A stretch of DNA of 51,563 bases, taken from positions 1-51,563 of the forward strand of contig LT642162.1 in NCBI GenBank assembly GCA_900128585.1, given 5' to 3'. The notes under the pieces were generated by a model. It saw only the letters and a program-made list of their open reading frames with translations. It had not been told where the DNA came from and did no database searches. Source of the DNA: Stramenopiles sp. TOSAG23-3. Lineage: Eukaryota. Below are positions 45,576-51,563 of the stretch, piece by piece (positions within the stretch are counted from its first letter, which is position 1; every line of letters begins with the position of its first letter). A program made the position numbers and the translations under genes.

Positions 45576-46048
45576 AGAGAGAGTGTGTATAAAAGATAAA
45601 TAAGAGAGATTGTTTTTAGATTTGAGGGTTGCAACTTGCAACGTTGGCAACGCTGGTCGCGCAACATCTTTTCAAAAATCTCCTTGTACGCTGGCACAAG
45701 GGGGTGCTCGAACGAGACGGACAATTCCACGTCGTTCTCGTCGAACTTGACGTAGTACGCCTTGTCGTCCGGGTTGACGAACATTTTATACTCCCCTGGC
45801 AACTCCGTCGTCAGTGCCTGGTTCAGCAGCCACACGTTCTCCGTGTCGAACTGAAGGTCCATTCCTATCGCTTTCGCAAACATCGATTCGTCTTCCTTGT
45901 TCGGGTGATGAAACCGTTTTCGCGGCGGGGAGGTTCGATTCGTAGGCGACACGGGCGGTTTCCTCCGACGCTTTGACGACGACGATTTTCCTCCTCCTCC
46001 TCCCCCACCACCCCGCTTGGTGTTCACTTTCAAGTTACGTTTTGCCAT
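45572..46048 (-). CDS. CEP164-type WW module protein, 5' part (about 132 native codons plus 26 codons read from the inverted repeat)
   Basis: MFAKAIGMDLQFDTENVWLLNQALTTELPGEYKMFVNPDDKAYYVKF...SFEHPLVPAYKEIF is the same module as the downstream ORF, preceded by a basic Gly-rich N-terminus. Confidence 0.75.
   Translation of the reverse strand: MAKRNLKVNTKRGGGGGGGGKSSSSKRRRKPPVSPTNRTSPPRKRFHHPNKEDESMFAKAIGMDLQFDTENVWLLNQALTTELPGEYKMFVNPDDKAYYVKFDENDVELSVSFEHPLVPAYKEIFEKMLRDQRCQRCKLQPSNLKTISLIYLLYTLSL
45574..45652 (-). repeat. 79-bp inverted repeat, right copy
   Basis: Exact reverse complement of 43127..43205. The ORF track shows the same 25-aa N-terminus for ORFs 43129(+) and 45650(-). Confidence 0.97.
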
Positions 46049-46396
46049 ATTCTCTCAACGCATACAAAAAATAATAACAAGAAACACGATGTCGAGGCTT
46101 CAATCCTCAAAAAATACAATGAAAAATCTACCTACCTCACCTCGTGTGTAAAACTTTACAAACCTGAAACCTGAAACTTCCTTCTCCATTTCGTTTTTCT
46201 TCTTCTTCCCTTCTTCTTCTTCTTCTTCTTTAACGGCAATGTTTTCATTCTTTGCTATGTCCCTGTTAAATGCTAAGAATCCAACAAAAGAAGCCTTTCT
46301 TTGATATGAATTGATGCTGTGTTTATATTATGAAATGTTATGCTATTTATATATTAATCTCTGAGGGTGAGGGTCCTCGTTTTGATTGAGTTGATA

Positions 46397-46408
46397 CTTT
46401 TTCTTTCT

Positions 46409-46474
<66 letters not shown>

Positions 46475-46697
46475 GACTCTTTCTTTCGACTCTTTCTTTC
46501 TTTCTTTCTTTCTCTTCTCTTTCCTTCTCTTCTCTTCTCTTCTCTTTCCTTCTCTTCTCTTTCCTTCTCTTCTCTTCTCTTCTCTTCTCTTTCCTTCTCT
46601 TCTCTTCTCTTCTCTTTCCTTCTCTTTCCTTCTCTTCTCTTTCCTTCTCTTCTCTTTCCTTCTCTTCTCTTTCCTTCTCTTTCCTTCTCTTCTCTTC
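46397..46697 (-). repeat. (GAAA)n microsatellite grading into GAGAA/GGAAA pentamer-type satellite
   Basis: tttc repeats with 2 ttcgactctt units, then ttctc/tttcc repeats on plus. Confidence 0.93.
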
Positions 46698-47141
46698 CAT
46701 TCTCTTCCTACTTTCCTGTTATAATTAAATTCACCCATTAATATACAATCAACCCATCTCCACCCAATTCAAATTAAAGATTCAATAGATATTATCCTAT
46801 TAAATCAATTGACCTCAATTTCACCCTTCGTTTTTCCATGCGTGAGTTGCAGCAATTGTGCAGCAGGTTAACGTGGCTAGTACAGATAACACACTCTTAT
46901 CACTACTTTCATTGATAGGAACGTGTCTGTCTAGTGTAAACACTTACAACTACATTTTTTCGCTTCCTCTTGGGAGTCAACCAACTTTATTGTACTTACT
47001 GCTTTATATGGTAGTCTGAAATGGCTTCCGTATCGTATATTACGTCGTACCACTATGGTACTTTGTCCCGTGTCTCATCTCATAGGCAGAATGACCCTGG
47101 CTTAGTACCTGTAGATGCGTTACGATAGTTGTTTTCATAGG

Positions 47142-50100
47142 CTAGTTAATTACAAAGTGTATGCCGATGGTACGACCGTCCATTTCTTGTTTGCTTGGGT
47201 CCACGATTGCGACTTTTTGGTACTTTGCTTTTCCGACAAAAGCTTCAATCACGTAGACCCCAGGGCCGACGGTGGTCTCTGGGCACTTCTCCCCATTCTC
47301 CACGACGACGGCGCAGACAATGCAGCCGTTCTCAACGTCGGTCACGAAATCTTTGCACAGGGTGATCTTTACAAATAGTGGAAGGGTGGTCCCGTTCGTG
47401 TTGCTAAAGCCCACCCGAATCTTCGGCAGGACAACATGGTGGACCGCAGGGCTCGGCTTTGACGCTTTGTTCAGGGCCACGCACACCTCGCTCATCAACC
47501 GTTCGACCGCAGTGGACACTTTCTCCTTCCCGACGGGGCTGTTTGCGACGGGGGCGGGCAGGACGGGGAGGGTGCTGGAGAACGGGCGCTTTGTCCAGCC
47601 AAGGGAAGCAGGAGACCGCTTGGTGGGCGACTCCCTAGGCCCGTACTCCAAGGACAGCAGCGGTACCTTTTTTTTCGACGGTTCGACTTTCATAATCGAC
47701 GGCGACGTTTTCCACAGTTTTTTCTCCGCTTTGGACAGCCACAAGTCCCCAATACTGCTCAGAAACGCCTCGTCGTCGCCCGGCGTTTCGTCCTCCTCGT
47801 TGCCGAGAGCAATGTCCCGGGGGGCTTCCTCGACGACGTTCCCGTCTTGAAGCGCATGCAGCGCTTCTACTCCAGACCCCGATTCGTATTTGCTGGGCAC
47901 CTCCAAGACGTTCTTTGCAACGTCGATGCCAGTCTTCAGACGCGTCGAATCCTCCTCCAAGTACGTCAACTTCTCCTCCAACGTTTTCACCGCCGTGACC
48001 GTGCTGGAAATCACCGACTCCTGCATGTCGTCCAAGTGCTCTGGCACCTCCCCGTTAACCTTTGCGACCCACAGGCCGTGGGTGCCGTGGGGGTTCGAGG
48101 AACGCACCCAGGACCCGCAGAAAGGCTCCTCCAGCCTGAACCATTTCCCGAGAGCTTCTGCCACTTTCAACTGTTGGCCAGGAAACAAAATGCCTAGCTT
48201 GCCAGTGAAGACTCCGTCCGCCATGATCGGGAGGCGCAAATACGCGGTGGCGTTGTGGGTCGCACCGGGGACCAGGTGGCTCGCCGGCATTTCCGCGGTG
48301 GAAGCATTGTGGACATATTCGTGAGGGTGAACGATGCCCCGTGCGCCCGTCAACGGGAGCAACTTTCGCTTCTTCTTTGGAATGGCGCTGTCCTCGATGG
48401 CGTTTACGGGCTGGTGCATTTGTGCCATGGCGTCCTTGCCCACGGCCTGGCCGGGCGTACTGAACGCGCGCGCTATCGATGCGACTTTGATCGCGTTTCG
48501 GCGGCCCTGTTCCGCGCGTTTCAGCGCGGACTCTAGCGTTCCCACCTGAACCTTCAACTCTGCGATGGTATCAGAGCTTTCCGTTCCCGCGGACGACGCT
48601 CTCGCGCTTTGCTTCGACCTGGTCGTGCGAGAGAGTTTTTTTAATTTAATTTTTTGGTACATCCGTTTCCGTTGCTTGCGTTTCAGCAAGGCTAGCTGCG
48701 ACGTGGGCTGCCGCGCCTGGGGGATGCTGGGCGTCGGGAGCGTTGGCGCCAGCGCCCGTTCCCTTCTGGTCCGCGTGCCTGCCGGGCTCGTGCTAGCTGG
48801 TTCCGCGATGCCTTCCACCTGGTTTGAAGCCGCGGGGTGGGCTTCCCCTTGCTGCTGCAGCTGTTCGTGGTGGGCGTGCAGCTGGTGGAGAATGTTTGCT
48901 TGCATCGTAACTGCATTTTGAAACGCCTCGCTGGCTCGGCCCGCTCGTTTCCCTCGCCCTGCCCCGGCCACGTCGTCTGCCGGCATCTCCTCCAACGCGT
49001 CCTCGACGGGCACTACCGCTCCGTTGTCCTGCCCTTCCTTCGGCATTTCCCCCGTTTGTTGCTCGTCTTCCGCGGCGGCCGTCGCCTCTGCTTCCTCTTG
49101 GGCGTCGCTATTTTGATTCGCCGTGGCTTTCTGCCCCAGCCGCTTTTGCAAACGGTCGTGCTGCTGGTTCACCGCGTCGGATTTTACTACATCCGTATTC
49201 TGAATGGCCCCGCTCGCTCCTTCGTCGACGACGGCCTCGAGTTTCTTTCCCTGGTTCTCCTGCCTTCTCTTATGGTCCGCCTTCTGCTGCAAACGCTTTT
49301 GTAATTTGTCGTGCTGGTCGTGCTGGTGGTCGAGAATACCGCTCTGTACAATTTCAGCGTTGGTGTAGGCTTCGCTGGTTCCCGCGTCGATCGCCTCGCC
49401 CATTTGCACCACGCGCGCTTCGTTCTTTCTTCGATCGTTCGATTTGTCCTTCAACCGCTGCTGCAACCGATCGTGTTGGTCGTGTTGCTGCTTGGCAGCG
49501 TTGTTCTGTACAATTTCGGCGTTATGAAAGGCTTCCTCCGTCTCACGGTCGACCTGATCGTTGAAGTGGTCGGCCTGGGGCTGTTCCACGGGCGCCTTGT
49601 GCTTTTGCCCCTTTTCCTTCAAACGCTTTTCCAGACGCGCGTGCTGCCGTTCTTTTTTCTCGATCGCATCGGCTTGCACGATTTCGGCGTTCTCAAACGC
49701 ATGCTTGGCTTCCTCGTCGATTGCATCGCCCCTTTCTACAACCGCCCGCTCCATCTTCTCTTTCTCCTTTTGTTTTCTTTTCAACCGCATCTGTAGTTTG
49801 TCGTGCTGCTGGTGGTGTTTTTCCACGGCACCGGCGTGTACTATCTCGGCGTTATGAAACGCGTCCTTAGTTTCTTGTTCCACCATTTCTTTAATCTGCC
49901 CAGTGTTGTGTGTTTGAAGGACGGGTCTTGTCTCCATTGCCGTGTCCTCCGTCGGAGCAGGTGCGGGGCTACCGTTTTCCGCCGCGGCGACAATTATCGA
50001 TGTTCCTGGTTGCTGCGATTCCGACTCTCCCTCGGAACCATCGTTGGATTGCTCCGCATCGGGCGCTTCTTCCTCCGTAGCAACGGGCGTTTCTGCCTCC

Positions 50101-50666
50101 GAACGTGGCACCGCGCGCTTCATTCGATTCAGAGTTTTGCTTTTCCATTTTTGGACCGCTTCAAACGAAAAGTCGTCGTCGCTCAAATCGATATCATCGG
50201 AATCGCTGCCCGCGTTCCCGGCGTCGTTGCGTTTCGCCCACTTTGCAACCGCTTCGTACGAAAAGTCGTCGTCGTTCTCGGAGAGGGGTTCGTCGCTGGA
50301 ATAATCGCTCGCCTCTTCGTTCGCTGCAAGCTTTGGAAATGGTGTCAAATTCATTCCCATGGGCCCCGTCGTGAAATTCGCCAGGACGGACTTTGCGGTG
50401 ATGCTACGCCGACCTGCAGCGCCCGCCTTTGCGGGGACGACCCTCGGGGGCAGCTGCGTCCCACCAGGGCTTGCCAAAAGGCTCGTCTGCCGCTGCTGTT
50501 CGTCCCGTAGTTCTTCGATGTGCTGCATTTCCAAAACCTGCGATTTTCGAAGTTCGTCTCGAATGTCCGCCACATCCCCAGGCGAAATATCGATCTGAAG
50601 TTGTTGCAGGATGGTATCCACTTCCGCGGACTCTACTCCACCCACGTCGTCAGAGCCGTTACTCAT
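47142..50666 (-). CDS. Hypothetical 1174-aa protein with ~54-aa His/Gln-rich helical repeats, coiled coils and an SH3b-like domain
   Basis: 3.5-kb ORF with G/C-ending codon bias. Repeats AFxNAEIV...QHDxLQxRL. ATAYLR...GKLGILFPGQQLKVAEALGKWFRL....SWVRS resembles SH3_3-type domains. Confidence 0.85.
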   Translation of the reverse strand: MSNGSDDVGGVESAEVDTILQQLQIDISPGDVADIRDELRKSQVLEMQHIEELRDEQQRQTSLLASPGGTQLPPRVVPAKAGAAGRRSITAKSVLANFTTGPMGMNLTPFPKLAANEEASDYSSDEPLSENDDDFSYEAVAKWAKRNDAGNAGSDSDDIDLSDDDFSFEAVQKWKSKTLNRMKRAVPRSEAETPVATEEEAPDAEQSNDGSEGESESQQPGTSIIVAAAENGSPAPAPTEDTAMETRPVLQTHNTGQIKEMVEQETKDAFHNAEIVHAGAVEKHHQQHDKLQMRLKRKQKEKEKMERAVVERGDAIDEEAKHAFENAEIVQADAIEKKERQHARLEKRLKEKGQKHKAPVEQPQADHFNDQVDRETEEAFHNAEIVQNNAAKQQHDQHDRLQQRLKDKSNDRRKNEARVVQMGEAIDAGTSEAYTNAEIVQSGILDHQHDQHDKLQKRLQQKADHKRRQENQGKKLEAVVDEGASGAIQNTDVVKSDAVNQQHDRLQKRLGQKATANQNSDAQEEAEATAAAEDEQQTGEMPKEGQDNGAVVPVEDALEEMPADDVAGAGRGKRAGRASEAFQNAVTMQANILHQLHAHHEQLQQQGEAHPAASNQVEGIAEPASTSPAGTRTRRERALAPTLPTPSIPQARQPTSQLALLKRKQRKRMYQKIKLKKLSRTTRSKQSARASSAGTESSDTIAELKVQVGTLESALKRAEQGRRNAIKVASIARAFSTPGQAVGKDAMAQMHQPVNAIEDSAIPKKKRKLLPLTGARGIVHPHEYVHNASTAEMPASHLVPGATHNATAYLRLPIMADGVFTGKLGILFPGQQLKVAEALGKWFRLEEPFCGSWVRSSNPHGTHGLWVAKVNGEVPEHLDDMQESVISSTVTAVKTLEEKLTYLEEDSTRLKTGIDVAKNVLEVPSKYESGSGVEALHALQDGNVVEEAPRDIALGNEEDETPGDDEAFLSSIGDLWLSKAEKKLWKTSPSIMKVEPSKKKVPLLSLEYGPRESPTKRSPASLGWTKRPFSSTLPVLPAPVANSPVGKEKVSTAVERLMSEVCVALNKASKPSPAVHHVVLPKIRVGFSNTNGTTLPLFVKITLCKDFVTDVENGCIVCAVVVENGEKCPETTVGPGVYVIEAFVGKAKYQKVAIVDPSKQEMDGRTIGIHFVIN

Positions 50667-51399
50667 GGTTCACCCTTTTCTACCGAAGCATATTCTACCA
50701 TACCATACCATACACAACAACAAACAGTACAGAACAAAAGTAAGTCAAAGAGGCAGCACAAAATGTCCACAGCAATGGTTCAAAGCAGCGTTCGGACGTT
50801 CACAAATCCTTTGGTGTGTTTCCAACCTTGTAGAAACAAAGTAACAGTTCTTGATCTCAAGTAGAAGAAGGTCTTTCTTTTTCCTTCTTCTTTCTTTCTT
50901 TCTTTCTTCTTTCTTCTAGCGTTTCTTCGATCGGATCATCTATTTCTTCGTTTTTATATTCTTTATGCTAAAGCCTTATTAACATTAATTCTTTCTTCTT
51001 CTTCTGGTCTTCACTTCTTCACTTTCTTCTTCTTTCTTATATTTATTAAAAAAACGTTTTTAATAATAAATAATAATTTAAAAAAATAGTTTTTGAATAT
51101 CCTTAGAGATATTTTCTACCTTCTTTGTCATTTTTGTGAACAGCATCTTATCACTATAATTCCTTAAATCAATGAAATAAGCAATATGTGATTTTTCATC
51201 GGATTGCACATCCTAGATCTTTCTCCTGCCAAGTTATTATCAATCATAATTATTAAGAAATATAAGGGAAAGATAATTTGATAGTGAAGGAGCTTAAAAG
51301 AAAATGAATTTTTCTAATGTTTTAAGGAAGAATTACGAAAAAAGACGAAAAGTGAAAAAAAATTCACAACCAACCGGGCGGCAATTTGTAAATTATAGC

Positions 51400-51563
51400 T
51401 CTCTTCTTCTTCTTTCTTTTTTCTTCTTCTTCTTCTTTCTTCTTTCTTCTTCTTTCTTTTTCTTCTTCTTCTTCTTCTTCTTCTTCTTTCTTCTTCTTCT
51501 TCTTCTTCTTCTTCTTATTCTTCTTCTTCTTCTTCTTCTTCTTCTTCTTCTTTCTTCTTCTTC
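51400..51563 (-). repeat. (GAA)n microsatellite (TTC on plus), runs off the window end
   Basis: ttcttcttc... directly visible. Confidence 0.95.

Larger units (their letters stand above)
43127..45652. mobile_element. Candidate 2526-bp inverted-repeat-bounded cassette (non-autonomous TIR element, invertible segment, or two insertions of a short element)
   Basis: Perfect 79-bp terminal inverted repeats and higher GC inside. No transposase and no target-site duplication seen, so element status is unproven. Confidence 0.3.

Noticed and set aside
45577-45600. Resemblance of agagtgtgtataaaagataa to the Tn5/Nextera mosaic end AGATGTGTATAAGAGACAG
   Set aside because: Only a partial match with several mismatches and an indel, embedded in a longer non-adapter sequence; adapter contamination would be exact.
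45610-45620. TAAAAAC (minus strand) as a -1 ribosomal frameshift site joining the two WW ORFs
   Set aside because: It does not form an X XXY YYZ heptamer in the upstream reading frame.

Overview
Eukaryotic, intron-poor genomic DNA, probably from a flagellated protist. Long GC-moderate ORFs are separated by AT-rich spacers packed with (GAAA)n/(GAA)n microsatellites, and there is one 111-N assembly gap. Two thirds of the window is a single uninterrupted 35-kb ORF (423..35402, minus strand, 11,659 aa) encoding a secreted giant protein: signal peptide, about 17 type-A and about 59 type-B Ig-like repeats (two carrying nested extra domains), 5 Cys-containing repeats, a SEA-like domain with a GSIVI motif, Calx-beta, and a laminin IV-A domain split by a LamG/pentraxin domain. 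It has no visible membrane anchor. Next come a 556-aa coiled-coil protein (+), a polycystin-2 (TRPP) channel (-), a locus with three CEP164-type WW modules (-) and a 1174-aa protein with ~54-aa helical repeats and an SH3b-like domain (-). The most unexpected DNA-level signal is a perfect 79-bp inverted repeat (43127..43205 and 45574..45652) bracketing a GC-rich 2.4-kb ORF. One copy splits the CEP164-like gene with an ATGA stop/start overlap and the other supplies its stop codon.
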